Of a stretch of 64,000 bases of DNA, positions 27,310 to 37,764 are shown in pieces. Origin of the DNA: Lachnospiraceae bacterium. GTDB taxonomy: Bacteria > Bacillota > Clostridia > Lachnospirales > Lachnospiraceae. The DNA is taken from contig JAFZUY010000033.1 of assembly GCA_017618075.1 (NCBI GenBank), forward strand, positions 2,822 through 66,821, in the 5' to 3' direction. Made by a program: the position numbers and the translations under genes. Within the stretch, counting starts at the first letter, position 1, and each line of letters starts with the position of its first letter. The notes under the pieces are model-generated. The model had not been told where the DNA came from. It saw nothing but the letters and a program-made list of their open reading frames with translations, and did not search any database.

Positions 27310-30300
27310 ATGAAAAGAGAAAAAAAGAACATATTTGATACAGATATAGAAATGATTGATTTGGATTCCGTAGGGGATCTTGAATTTCGTTATGAAGAGC
27401 TCGGGTCTCCCAATCAGGAACTCGGAGATGACTTAAAAATGGTTATGAAAGAAACCCAGGTTTTCTCATCCGACGAGATTGAAAAGGCGCTTGAAAAGAA
27501 CGCTGTGGAAGACATGGGACTTGATTTGGGCCAGACAAGGGTTATCGATCCGATTGAGGAAGTTGAGGGCTTTTTAAGTGACGAAGAAGTAGCGGAGACC
27601 GTAAACGAGGAAGTTTACGATATTCCTGAAGAAGATGCGGTTTCAGACGAATTAAATGAGTCTGTTTCCGAAGAAGCATTTGAAACAGAAGATGTTGAAT
27701 ATGAAGAGACTTCAGAAGAGTATTCTGACGAAACAGAGTATGCTGAAAATGCGGACGAAGAAACCGAATACGAAGAGACTGCGGATGAAGAATATGTTGA
27801 AGCAGTAGAAGAGCCTGAATATGAAGAATCTTCCGAGGCAGAGTATGAAGAAGCCGAAGAAGAATACGAAGAAGAGTCTTCCGAAGAAGAATACGAAGAA
27901 ACTGAAGCAGAATATGAAGAAACTGAAGACGATGAACCTGCAGAAGAAGAGTCTGATGAGGAAGAAGAATCTGATGAAGCAGTTGCTCCTGTAGCAGCCG
28001 TTTCAAGGAACGAAAAGCTCGAAGCCGACGAATCTTATGACTTTGAGGAGGATGATCCCAAAGAAAAAAAGATAAAAGAAAAGAAAGAAAAGGCCAGGAA
28101 CACGGCAAAGAGTACCAAGAATGCCGTGACAGATAAAAAAGGCAAAAAAGTTAAGAATAAAAAGAAGAAAAGAAAAGTTAAACATGAGGATGATGAGTAC
28201 GGAAGCTCGTTTGGAATCGTTGAAATCGCAGGTGTTTTGGTAGCAGTTGTTCTTGTAGTGCTTCTGGCTGTTTTGGGAGTTAAATTATTTAACGACAAAG
28301 CTCACGGCAACGATGTAAAGCAGTTTGCATCCATCGGTGCACTTTTTTCGGACATCGACGGCTTGGGATATGACGGAATCGAAGCAGTAGGCCAGAAGGC
28401 ATATATCGACAGCATTACCGCTCCCGTTGAAGAAGTTGCCGAAGAAGTAACCGAGCCTGAGGAAGAAGAGGAAGAAAAGGCAGAGGCAGCACCGATTTCC
28501 GTTAACTTCTCTTCAATAGAAAAAGACTTAAAAATAAAATTCATCAATAAATCTTCGGGCAAGCTTGTTACAGGCATTCGTTTTGAAGTTTCGGCAAAAG
28601 GACCTGACGGAAAAACCTACAGCTGGGTTGATACCGATATGGACGGTGTCATTTATGTGGAAAAACTCGCACCCGGCAATTATGAAGTAAAGGTTATCTC
28701 GGTTGATCCATACGAATTCCCCGATACGGCCACAACCGTAAAGGTTCAGGATACGATTGTATATCAGGTTATCAATGTAATCGACGAAGCCAAGGACATG
28801 AGCCAGGTCAACCTTGCACAGGAAGAGAATCAGGGCAAGGATGTTGATCAGGGTGAAACCCTTCAGGATACAGTCAAGCTCCTTGAATCAACCGCTACTC
28901 CGACAGGCGGTGTGGACGGCTTCGTAAAGATAAACAAATCAGATATAAAAGATCCCAAAACTCTTGTAAACGCTTTCGAATGGGGCGGTTTCAGAAGAGT
29001 TGAAAATGTTTATGTTAAAGGTATATCTCTTTCTGGCGATAGAGAATTAACCGTGGACGCTTCTACGACTATCGCTGCAACCATAGATCCCGAAGAGGCT
29101 ACCAACAAGACTTTAGACTGGTCGAGTTCGGACAATAATGTGGCTACTGTAGATGCTGCCGGAAATGTTACAGCACATTCGCCGGGACAGGTAACCATCA
29201 CTGCAACGGCAACGGATGGAAGCAATGTTTCCAACACATGGGATATTAATGTAAAAGCTGCGGCTAAAAATGTTGAAAGTGTAAAGATTTCGGGCCAGAA
29301 GAATATCAAAAAAGGAGAGACACTTCCGCTTAGTGTAAAGGTTGATCCCGATGATGCTACAGATAAGAGCGTAACCTGGAGCAGTAGCGATGAAAACATT
29401 GCAACCGTTGACGGAAACGGTGTTGTAACCGGGTGCAATGCGGGTTCCGCAGTAATTACCGCAACGGCAAAGGACGGAAGCGGAGCATCCGATTCAGTAA
29501 CCGTAGCAGTTGAAGAGGACAAACCTTCAGTTGTAAAGGTTTCCAAAATTGAACTTTCCGGTGAAAGCACTGTTTATGTAGGAAGCAGTGTTAAAGTATC
29601 CGCAAAGGTTTCTCCCGATGACGCAACCGAAAAGGGAATAAACTGGAGCAGTTCGGATTCCGATGTTGCATCTGTCGATTCTTCGGGAAATGTAACAGGC
29701 AAAAAATCCGGCGAAGCCGAGATCGTGGCAGAGGCTTCAGACGGAAGCGGAATTAAAGGTTCAATTAAGATAAAGGTTATTAAAGCAGATATACTCAGAA
29801 TGACGCTTAAAGACAGCGCAGGAAACGAAATTACCGAAAAGCAGTCTTTATTTGTAGGAGGAACATATCAGATTCTTCCTTTTGTAGAGGGCTATGATTC
29901 AAGCAGTGATGTAACATATACCGCTTCAGACAACTGTATTACCGTTTCCTCAACGGGAATTGTTACGGCAGTAACTGTGGGAAGTGCGGATGTAAATGTT
30001 ACCACGGTTGAAAAAGGCGCAGACGGAAATGCTGTTACAAAGACGGTATCCTTTGTGGTAAAGGACGATCCTTCGCTTAATTCTACCAATGCTTTGAAAT
30101 ACACCAAGGACGGAACCGATTATCAGGTATATTACAAGACGTCCGACGGTAAGTACGTTGAAGCCAAATGGGCGGATTATTATAAGTATGAAGAGTTTTT
30201 CATCAAGGGCGATGTGGAATATAAATATACCGGCTGGCAGACCATAAACGGAAATGTTTATTACTTTGACGAAAACGGTAATAAAATAACCGGCGATCAG

Positions 30301-30963
30301 GTCATCGGAGGTATGAAGTATAGTTTTAATTCCGACGGTTCCCTCATAAAAGGAAACGGTACGAGAGGTATAGACGTATCCACATACAACGGAACGATTG
30401 ACTGGACCGCAGTTAAGAATTCGGGTATTTCGTTCGTAATCATAAGATGCGGATTCAGAGGATACACCAAGGGCGGACTGATTTACGACTCCAAGTACAA
30501 ATCATATATTCAGGGTGCTACGGCAGCAGGACTTAATGTAGGTCTTTATTTCTTCTCACAGGCCAAGAATGAGGCCGAGGCGGTTGAGGAAGCATCCCTT
30601 TGCGTAAACCTTGCACAGGGTAATACAATTTCCTATCCGATATTTATCGACAGTGAATACGCTAACGGCTCACATACAGGCAGAGCAGACGGACTTGACA
30701 AAGCAACCAGAACCGCTGTATGTAAAGCATTCTGTGAGACCATCAAATCCGCAGGCTACACACCCGGCGTATACGCTTCGAAATCCTGGTTAAACGACAA
30801 ACTCGATGCTGGCCAGTTAAGCTCATACAAAATCTGGCTCGCACATTATACAGGTCAGACAGACTATACCGGAAAATACGATGTATGGCAGCATACCGCA
30901 AAGGGTTCGGTAAACGGTATCAAGGGCAATGTCGATCTGGATATAAGTTATCTCGGATACTAA
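27310..30963 (+). CDS. Membrane-anchored GH25 muramidase with Ig-like (Big_2) repeats and a long acidic N-terminus
   Basis: GIDVSTYNG, IIRCGFRGY, IFIDSE (DxE), WLAHY and VDLD; 3-4 WSSSD..VATVD Big_2 repeats; GWQTINGNVYYFD wall-binding repeat; single TM near aa 300-325. Confidence 0.9.
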   Translation: MKREKKNIFDTDIEMIDLDSVGDLEFRYEELGSPNQELGDDLKMVMKETQVFSSDEIEKALEKNAVEDMGLDLGQTRVIDPIEEVEGFLSDEEVAETVNEEVYDIPEEDAVSDELNESVSEEAFETEDVEYEETSEEYSDETEYAENADEETEYEETADEEYVEAVEEPEYEESSEAEYEEAEEEYEEESSEEEYEETEAEYEETEDDEPAEEESDEEEESDEAVAPVAAVSRNEKLEADESYDFEEDDPKEKKIKEKKEKARNTAKSTKNAVTDKKGKKVKNKKKKRKVKHEDDEYGSSFGIVEIAGVLVAVVLVVLLAVLGVKLFNDKAHGNDVKQFASIGALFSDIDGLGYDGIEAVGQKAYIDSITAPVEEVAEEVTEPEEEEEEKAEAAPISVNFSSIEKDLKIKFINKSSGKLVTGIRFEVSAKGPDGKTYSWVDTDMDGVIYVEKLAPGNYEVKVISVDPYEFPDTATTVKVQDTIVYQVINVIDEAKDMSQVNLAQEENQGKDVDQGETLQDTVKLLESTATPTGGVDGFVKINKSDIKDPKTLVNAFEWGGFRRVENVYVKGISLSGDRELTVDASTTIAATIDPEEATNKTLDWSSSDNNVATVDAAGNVTAHSPGQVTITATATDGSNVSNTWDINVKAAAKNVESVKISGQKNIKKGETLPLSVKVDPDDATDKSVTWSSSDENIATVDGNGVVTGCNAGSAVITATAKDGSGASDSVTVAVEEDKPSVVKVSKIELSGESTVYVGSSVKVSAKVSPDDATEKGINWSSSDSDVASVDSSGNVTGKKSGEAEIVAEASDGSGIKGSIKIKVIKADILRMTLKDSAGNEITEKQSLFVGGTYQILPFVEGYDSSSDVTYTASDNCITVSSTGIVTAVTVGSADVNVTTVEKGADGNAVTKTVSFVVKDDPSLNSTNALKYTKDGTDYQVYYKTSDGKYVEAKWADYYKYEEFFIKGDVEYKYTGWQTINGNVYYFDENGNKITGDQVIGGMKYSFNSDGSLIKGNGTRGIDVSTYNGTIDWTAVKNSGISFVIIRCGFRGYTKGGLIYDSKYKSYIQGATAAGLNVGLYFFSQAKNEAEAVEEASLCVNLAQGNTISYPIFIDSEYANGSHTGRADGLDKATRTAVCKAFCETIKSAGYTPGVYASKSWLNDKLDAGQLSSYKIWLAHYTGQTDYTGKYDVWQHTAKGSVNGIKGNVDLDISYLGY
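27697..27975 (+). repeat. Low-complexity EYEE-coding repeats
   Basis: At least 7 EYEE units (gaatatgaagaa/gaatacgaagaa variants). Confidence 0.7.
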
Positions 30964-30982
30964 GACATCATAAAAGAAATAA

Positions 30983-31014
30983 AAAAAGCGATTGGAAAAA
31001 TCCAATCGCTTTTT
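30983..31014. terminator. Bidirectional terminator
   Basis: aaaaagcgattgga-aaaa-tccaatcgcttttt between convergent genes. Confidence 0.9.
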
Positions 31015-31027
31015 AAATGTTTATAAA

Positions 31028-32224
31028 CTATTTTCTGTAATACTCTGCAATTTTCTTTACAGCGTGAATTACATCATCCGTATCACTTTCCGTTAATGTG
31101 GGATAAAGCGGAATACTCATGATTCCTTTATAAACTTCCTCGGCGTTCGGACAAAGACCTCCGCCGTATCCTAAATGTCTGTAATACGGGAAATAATATG
31201 TCGGTACATAATGAACCTGACACTGAACATTCTCTGCGCTCATGGCATCGAAGAATTCACGTCTTGTGCAGTTAAGTTTATCAAGTGCAAGTCTGATGAT
31301 ATATAAATGTCTGCAGGTGTCGGATTCGGGAATTTCCTTCTGAACGATTATCTCGGGAATATCCTTGAATGCCTCATCATATTTTTTTACGATAGCCTGT
31401 CTTTTGGCCTTAAAGTCTTCGAGTTTTGACAACTGGCTTATAAGCATCGCTGCCTGGAAATCAGTCAGTCTGTAATTAAACCCAAGAGAAACCTGCTCAT
31501 ATACCCATATGCCTTCGTGAGGCGCATCTTCCATCAGCTCTTCGTCATGAGTGATTCCGTGTGTATGCGCAAGCACGAGTTTTTTATAAAACTCTTCGCT
31601 GTTTGTAGTTACAGCTCCGCCTTCACCGCATGTGATTGTTTTTACAGGGTGGAAGGAGAAGCATGTCATATCGGCGAGAGAACCGACTTTCTTTCCGTTA
31701 TAAGCAGAACCGATTGCATGTGCGGCATCTTCGATAAAGATAAGATTGTATTCATCGCAGATGGCACGGATTTCTGCATTTTCCACACACTGGCCGGTAA
31801 AATCAACGGCTACGATTGCTTTGGTTTTGTCGGTTATTTTTTCTCTGATGCTTTTAGGATCGATATTGTATGTCTCGGGATTGATATCCGCGAACACGGG
31901 CGTTGCTCCGACATAAAGAATGCAGTTGGCACTTGCGGCAAATGTGAGCGGAGTAACGATAACTTCATCGCCTGCCTTTAATCCTGCCGCAATACATGCG
32001 CAGTGAAGCGCAGCCGTTCCGTTTGAAACCGCTACGGCATATTTGGCTCCCGTATAATCTGCGAGTTTCTTTTCAAGCTCGGCCACCTTCGGACCGCAGG
32101 TTATAAAATCACTGGTTAAGACCTCACTGACAGCCTTTACATCTGCCTCGTCGACATACTGTCTGCCATAATATATCTTTTTTTCTCTAACCGGCTTTCC
32201 GCCTAAAATCGCAAGTTCTTCCAT
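31028..32224 (-). CDS. pseC: DegT/DnrJ family sugar aminotransferase, PseC-like
   Basis: YYGRQ, SNGTAALH, EDAAHA, FSFHPVKTITCGEGG and LGFNYR. Confidence 0.8.
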   Translation of the reverse strand: MEELAILGGKPVREKKIYYGRQYVDEADVKAVSEVLTSDFITCGPKVAELEKKLADYTGAKYAVAVSNGTAALHCACIAAGLKAGDEVIVTPLTFAASANCILYVGATPVFADINPETYNIDPKSIREKITDKTKAIVAVDFTGQCVENAEIRAICDEYNLIFIEDAAHAIGSAYNGKKVGSLADMTCFSFHPVKTITCGEGGAVTTNSEEFYKKLVLAHTHGITHDEELMEDAPHEGIWVYEQVSLGFNYRLTDFQAAMLISQLSKLEDFKAKRQAIVKKYDEAFKDIPEIIVQKEIPESDTCRHLYIIRLALDKLNCTRREFFDAMSAENVQCQVHYVPTYYFPYYRHLGYGGGLCPNAEEVYKGIMSIPLYPTLTESDTDDVIHAVKKIAEYYRK

Positions 32225-32363
32225 GTTTTTCTCCTAAAAGAAATTCAACTGACTTTGTTATTATAGCATATTGATTAGAGAGCGCCAATCTTTGTGGATA
32301 AAAACAGAAAAATATGGTATAATATAACCATCTATGGAATAAGACATTTTTATTGGAGGAATA

Positions 32364-33233
32364 ATGAAAGGAATTATATTAGCAGGCGGTTCGGGAACAA
32401 GACTTTATCCTTTGACAAAAGCAATTTCAAAGCAGATTATGCCGGTTTATGACAAGCCGATGATTTATTATCCGCTTTCAATACTGATGCTCGCAGGTAT
32501 CAGAGATATTCTTATAATATCCACACCGAGAGACCTGCCTGTTTTTAAAGATTTATTTGGCGACGGTTCACAGTTAGGCCTTAATATGAATTATGCGATT
32601 CAGGAAACACCCAGAGGCCTTGCTGATGCATTTATAGTCGGAGAAGAATTTATCGGAGACGATTCTGTTGCTTTGATTTTGGGAGATAATATCTTTTATG
32701 GTCAGAGCTTTTCAAAGGTTTTAAGAGAAGTTGCCGAAAGAAAAGACTGCGCAACCATCTTCGGATACTATGTCAGGGATCCGAGAGAATACGGTGTAGT
32801 AGAGTTCGATGAGAACGGTAAGGCAATTTCGATTGAAGAAAAGCCCGAACATCCGAAGAGCAATTATGCGGTTCCGGGACTTTACTTTTATGATAACGAC
32901 GTAGTTGAAATCGCAAAGAACGTTAAGCCTTCGGCACGCGGTGAGATAGAGATTACAAGTGTTAACAACGAATATTTAAGAAGGGGCAAGCTTTATGTGG
33001 AGACATTAGGACGCGGCTTTGCATGGCTTGATACCGGAAACCACGATGCGCTTTTGGATGCTTCTGATTTCGTTGCCGCATTCCAGAAGAGACAGGGTTT
33101 ATACATTTCCTGCATAGAGGAAATTGCATTTAAGAGGGGCTTCATAAACAAAGAGCAGCTTCTTGCACTCGCAGAGCCTCTTATGAAAACCGCCTACGGA
33201 CAGTATCTTGTAGAGGTTGCAAACGGACTTTAA
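32364..33233 (+). CDS. rfbA: Glucose-1-phosphate thymidylyltransferase
   Basis: [24 protein letters not shown] and WLDTG. Confidence 0.97.
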   Translation: MKGIILAGGSGTRLYPLTKAISKQIMPVYDKPMIYYPLSILMLAGIRDILIISTPRDLPVFKDLFGDGSQLGLNMNYAIQETPRGLADAFIVGEEFIGDDSVALILGDNIFYGQSFSKVLREVAERKDCATIFGYYVRDPREYGVVEFDENGKAISIEEKPEHPKSNYAVPGLYFYDNDVVEIAKNVKPSARGEIEITSVNNEYLRRGKLYVETLGRGFAWLDTGNHDALLDASDFVAAFQKRQGLYISCIEEIAFKRGFINKEQLLALAEPLMKTAYGQYLVEVANGL

Positions 33234-33266
33234 TTAATTACTAAAATAATTTTGGAGATAAAAACA

Positions 33267-33812
33267 ATGGGCAAATTCAGTGTGGAAACATGCGAAATAG
33301 AAGGACTTAAGGTAATTACACCTACGGCATTCGGCGATGCGAGAGGATATTTTATGGAGTCCTATCAGGCGAACGATTTTAAGGAAATGGGTATTGATAC
33401 CGTTTTCGTTCAGGACAACCAGTCATCCTCAACCAAGGGAGTGTTAAGGGGAATGCATTACCAGATTAATTTCCCGCAGGATAAATTAGTCAGAGTTATT
33501 TCCGGCGAAGTTTACGATGCGGTAGTTGATTTAAGAAAGGGTTCGCCGACATACGGTAAATCCTTCGGAGTTGTTTTATCAGCCGAAAACAGAAAGCAGC
33601 TTTTTATACCGAAGGGTTTTGCACACGGATTTCTGGTACTTTCCGATACGGCCGAATTCTTCTATAAAGTAAGTGACTTTTATCATCCCAACGATGAAGG
33701 CGGACTTGTATGGAACGATCCCGATGCAGCTATTGACTGGCCTGTTAAGGACGAGACATTATTAAACATCATAGAGAGAGACAGGAACTGGCCAAAACTT
33801 AGTGAATTATAA
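33267..33812 (+). CDS. rfbC: dTDP-4-dehydrorhamnose 3,5-epimerase
   Basis: DARGYF, QDNQS, GVLRGMH and IPKGFAHGF. Confidence 0.96.
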   Translation: MGKFSVETCEIEGLKVITPTAFGDARGYFMESYQANDFKEMGIDTVFVQDNQSSSTKGVLRGMHYQINFPQDKLVRVISGEVYDAVVDLRKGSPTYGKSFGVVLSAENRKQLFIPKGFAHGFLVLSDTAEFFYKVSDFYHPNDEGGLVWNDPDAAIDWPVKDETLLNIIERDRNWPKLSEL

Positions 33813-33829
33813 AAAAGAAGGTAATTCAT

Positions 33830-35869
33830 ATGGCACAAAACTTCAAAAAGGCAGTGCAAAATGCTTTGCTGATGCCGAGAAAAAAACAATATGAAAAAGA
33901 TTACATTCGTCTTCTGAAAGAATACGAAGATCAGAGTCTTGCGGTTTTCAACTACGTTTCCTCAAAGGAAGTGGGAGAAGAGACTGCGAAGGTAGTCGAA
34001 AGACTGAGTATGGAAACTTTGGTGAAGAATCTTAAAAACCATGTTGTTTATGATGAGTCAAGATTCTATATCATTTATGATCCTACCTTCGGAATCTTAC
34101 GAAAAGAGAGCGAGCGCCTGATTTATGAATATCTTTTGGATAATCCTTACGCAGTACTAATCTACGGCGATGAGGATTATTTTGCATTATCCGCGGATTT
34201 TAAGGAAGAAGAATTATACAAGGCAAGAAGAGCCTTCAGATACTACAAGCCTGTATTCAGTCCCGAGACATTGGCATCGTTTGATTATATCAACGCATTT
34301 GCAATCGAAGGCAGTTTCTTAAATGATATCCTTGCCAACACGGAGATGTTATCCGCATCAATTTATTATACGGGAATGATGTATGAATTAACCGTGGAAG
34401 CATGCGCCAAATTAAGGGCGGACAGAAGAGAAGATCTTATCTGTCACATCCCTGCAGTGCTTGTTTCAAAAGGCATTGAAATTGATACGGATGAAAAAGA
34501 AATAAGCGAATCCTTCGAAACGGGTGCGCTTCTTTATCCCGAATATCAGAAAATAATTCCTGCACTTTCGGATGATAAATATGCCACTATCAGACAGAAG
34601 GCAAAAGAAAAATTAAAACTCATACCGGTTGAAACCGATATTACCGTTTCGGTTATTATTCCTTCAAAAGACAATCCCGATATGCTTACTTCGCTTATCG
34701 GAAAACTTAATCTGAACGGACTTAAAAAGATTGAAGTAATCATAGTCGACAACGGTTCGAGCGAGGAAAACAAAGCCAAAGTTGAATCGTTCCTTGAGAA
34801 ATGCGACTTTGAATACAAATACATTTATGCGGTCGAGGAATTCAATTATTCCAAGATGAACAATGTCGGTGCCAATGTTGCAAGAGGCGAAGTATTACTT
34901 CTTTTAAACGATGACATTGAAGCCGAAGGACATGAATGGATTAAGACCATGGCATCCTATGCTACAAATAAGGGTGTAGGGTGTGTCGGCTGCAAACTTT
35001 TATATCCCGACGGAAAGATTCAGCATGTCGGAATATCCGCAGGTATAGACGGTCCCGCACATAAGTTCATGGGTGAAGAGGATTCCGTCAAAGCCGGCGC
35101 AGGAGATAATCTTGTAAACAAAAATGTTCTCGCGGTAACGGGCGCATGTCTTGCCGTAAGAAAAGAATTATATGACAGAGTCGGCGGTTTGTACGAAGAA
35201 CTCAAGGTCGGTTACAATGACGTGGATCTTTGCATGAACCTTTACGAAAACGGCTACAGAAATGTTCTGTTAAACGAGATAAAACTCATCCATCACGAAT
35301 CGGTATCAAGGGGAGTGGACGCAAAGAACAAGATTAAATCCGAACGTCTCTCCTACGAAAAAGCCATTCTTAAGAACCGCCATCCGTCGCTTATGATAGT
35401 TGACCCTTACGAGGGCGGCTCCGCAGATTTCAAACTTGCTTTTGAAAAAGAAAAAGAAGATTTAAGCATTAACGCAACAGGCAAATTCGAAAGCAGAAAA
35501 TCAAACGATGATGAAGGATGGGTATACTTCTCCTTTGAAAAATTCCAGGTAAAGATTACGGAAGATTCACACAAAATACTTATTGTCAAAGGCTATGCGG
35601 TTGTACCGGGCATCGACAATATGAGATTTGATTTTGACGTAATCTTACAAAAGGACGGCAAGCAGTTTGTAATACCGACCGAGCGTAGTTTAAGACCTGA
35701 TCTCGCGGGAAGATTTAACGGAAGTGAAAATACCGAACTTTGCGGAATTGACTTAAGAGTATCCGTTGATAATCTTGAGGAAGGAAATTACAGGATTTAC
35801 ATGTATGCCAAGGATCACGGCAACGTAAGAGAGATTATCACAGATACATTCTTAAACATCGATATTTAA
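33830..35869 (+). CDS. GT2 glycosyltransferase (rhamnosyltransferase-like)
   Basis: VSVIIPSKD, VDNGS, LLLNDDIE, AVTGACL and YNDVDLC; the N-terminal GT domain looks degenerate. Confidence 0.88.
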   Translation: MAQNFKKAVQNALLMPRKKQYEKDYIRLLKEYEDQSLAVFNYVSSKEVGEETAKVVERLSMETLVKNLKNHVVYDESRFYIIYDPTFGILRKESERLIYEYLLDNPYAVLIYGDEDYFALSADFKEEELYKARRAFRYYKPVFSPETLASFDYINAFAIEGSFLNDILANTEMLSASIYYTGMMYELTVEACAKLRADRREDLICHIPAVLVSKGIEIDTDEKEISESFETGALLYPEYQKIIPALSDDKYATIRQKAKEKLKLIPVETDITVSVIIPSKDNPDMLTSLIGKLNLNGLKKIEVIIVDNGSSEENKAKVESFLEKCDFEYKYIYAVEEFNYSKMNNVGANVARGEVLLLLNDDIEAEGHEWIKTMASYATNKGVGCVGCKLLYPDGKIQHVGISAGIDGPAHKFMGEEDSVKAGAGDNLVNKNVLAVTGACLAVRKELYDRVGGLYEELKVGYNDVDLCMNLYENGYRNVLLNEIKLIHHESVSRGVDAKNKIKSERLSYEKAILKNRHPSLMIVDPYEGGSADFKLAFEKEKEDLSINATGKFESRKSNDDEGWVYFSFEKFQVKITEDSHKILIVKGYAVVPGIDNMRFDFDVILQKDGKQFVIPTERSLRPDLAGRFNGSENTELCGIDLRVSVDNLEEGNYRIYMYAKDHGNVREIITDTFLNIDI

Positions 35870-35884
35870 TGACCGGAAGCGAAA

Positions 35885-37741
35885 ATGGAAAACAGAGAAC
35901 TAGAAGAATTAAAAAAAGAACTTGAGGAAACCAAGAGAAAAAATATGGAACTCTCAGGCCGTATAACAGAGCTTGAGGACGAAAAGGAAGAGATTAAAGA
36001 TAATCTCGACCGCATCAAATCGAGCAAGGCATACAAGCTTTCAAAGCCTTTAAGATATGTCCGCTCACAGGTTAAAAGAGTCACACAGTACGGCTCGGTA
36101 TCGGCAGTTTCCGACAAGGTAAAAAGCAAAAACAGATTAAAGAAAAGATACAAAGAACTCGGAACACTTTCTTTCCCCGACAAAGAGATAAGACTTGCGG
36201 AGGAAGGAAAGGAATATTCCGAAAAGATTGTTATTTCCATTCTCGTTCCGCTTTACAATACTCCCGAAGATTTCCTAAAAGAAATGATAGATTCGGTGGT
36301 AAATCAGACCTACAAATACTGGGAACTCTGCCTTGCGGACGGATCTGACGCAGAGCATTCCTATGTAGGAGACATCTGTAAGAAATATTCTGAAAACGAC
36401 GAAAGAGTCGTATATAAAAAGTTAGAGAAAAACGAAGGCATTTCCGGCAATACCAATGCCTGCTACAAAATGGCAACGGGCGATTATATCGGCCTCTTCG
36501 ATCATGATGATGTTCTGCATCCAAGCGCACTTTTCAAATACAGGGAAGCGATAGATGAGGGTGCGGATTACATCTACTGCGACGAGGCAACCTTTACGGA
36601 CGGTGACATCAACAAAATGATTACCGTTCATTTCAAGCCGGATTTTGCAATCGACAATCTTCGCGCCAACAATTATATCTGCCATTTCTCGGTATTCAAA
36701 AAAGAACTCCTAAACGAAACCGAACTCTTCAGAACGGAATACGACGGAAGCCAGGATCACGATATGATTCTGCGCTTAACTTCGCTTGCCAAAAAGGTCG
36801 TTCACGTGTCGGGTATTTATTATTATTGGAGAGCACACGCAGGCAGCGTGGCACAGAATATTAACGCGAAGACCTATGCAATAGATGCGGCAAAGCGTGC
36901 CGTTTCGGATCATCTTAAAACGAACGGCATTTATAACACAAGTATCACTTCTTCAAGAGCATTCGAAACAATTTTCAGATTAAAATATGCGGTTACGGGC
37001 GAGCCTTTGGTATCCGTTATTATTACGGACGACACAAAGGATTGCTCCCACGCGCTCGAAAACTTCAACACCTATTCGAATATTGAAATCATAAAAGAAT
37101 CGGACTTTGTGGATGAACTTTCAGACAAGAATATCTTTGCAAAGAAAAATGCCCTTGCAAAAAAAGCAAAGGGTGAAGTTTTGTTCTTCCTTGACGGAAG
37201 CGTTAAAGTCTGCTCGCCCGATATTGTAAGAGAACTTCTCTCAATAGCTCAAAGAGAAGATGTCGGCGCGGTTGGAGGCAAGATTATTAATTCAGCCGGC
37301 AAGATTGAACATGCATCCGTTGTAATCGGTATAGGGAAAGATAAGGCAGCAGGCCTCGTTCATCACGGGTTTGATAAAAAATACATCGGCTACATGGGAA
37401 GACTCTGCTATATTCAGGATACAAGCGCTGTAGTTTCGGATATGCTTATGTTAAAGAAAAATGATTTCGAAAAAGCGGGAGGCTTTGACGAGAGTTTTGA
37501 CAAAGCTTTTTCCGATATTTCCTTATGTCTTAACTTAAGAAGACTCGGTCTTTTAAATGTATTCGACCCTTACGCCGAAGGTGTAAGCGACAAGGCTCAG
37601 ATTCTTTTAGGATGTGATGATGAAGCATACTTAAAAGATCTCGAAATCTTTAAGGATAAATATGCTAAGGAACTTGAAGAAGGAGATCCCTATTACAACG
37701 CAAATCTTACTAAAGAAAGTCTTGATTACTCGGTGTGTTAA
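35885..37741 (+). CDS. Two-domain GT2 glycosyltransferase with N-terminal coiled coil
   Basis: ISILVPLYNT, LFDHDD, DGSQDHD and YYWR; the second GT domain is degenerate. Confidence 0.9.
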   Translation: MENRELEELKKELEETKRKNMELSGRITELEDEKEEIKDNLDRIKSSKAYKLSKPLRYVRSQVKRVTQYGSVSAVSDKVKSKNRLKKRYKELGTLSFPDKEIRLAEEGKEYSEKIVISILVPLYNTPEDFLKEMIDSVVNQTYKYWELCLADGSDAEHSYVGDICKKYSENDERVVYKKLEKNEGISGNTNACYKMATGDYIGLFDHDDVLHPSALFKYREAIDEGADYIYCDEATFTDGDINKMITVHFKPDFAIDNLRANNYICHFSVFKKELLNETELFRTEYDGSQDHDMILRLTSLAKKVVHVSGIYYYWRAHAGSVAQNINAKTYAIDAAKRAVSDHLKTNGIYNTSITSSRAFETIFRLKYAVTGEPLVSVIITDDTKDCSHALENFNTYSNIEIIKESDFVDELSDKNIFAKKNALAKKAKGEVLFFLDGSVKVCSPDIVRELLSIAQREDVGAVGGKIINSAGKIEHASVVIGIGKDKAAGLVHHGFDKKYIGYMGRLCYIQDTSAVVSDMLMLKKNDFEKAGGFDESFDKAFSDISLCLNLRRLGLLNVFDPYAEGVSDKAQILLGCDDEAYLKDLEIFKDKYAKELEEGDPYYNANLTKESLDYSVC

Positions 37742-37764
37742 CCGATATTTTGGAAGAATAAAAA

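Noticed and set aside
27542-28577. Minus-strand ORFs over the acidic repeat region
   Set aside because: Artifacts of low-complexity GAA-rich sequence.
27310-30963. GH25 gene as a prophage endolysin
   Set aside because: No holin or phage genes nearby; it has a TM anchor, an Ig stalk and host-like promoter and terminator.
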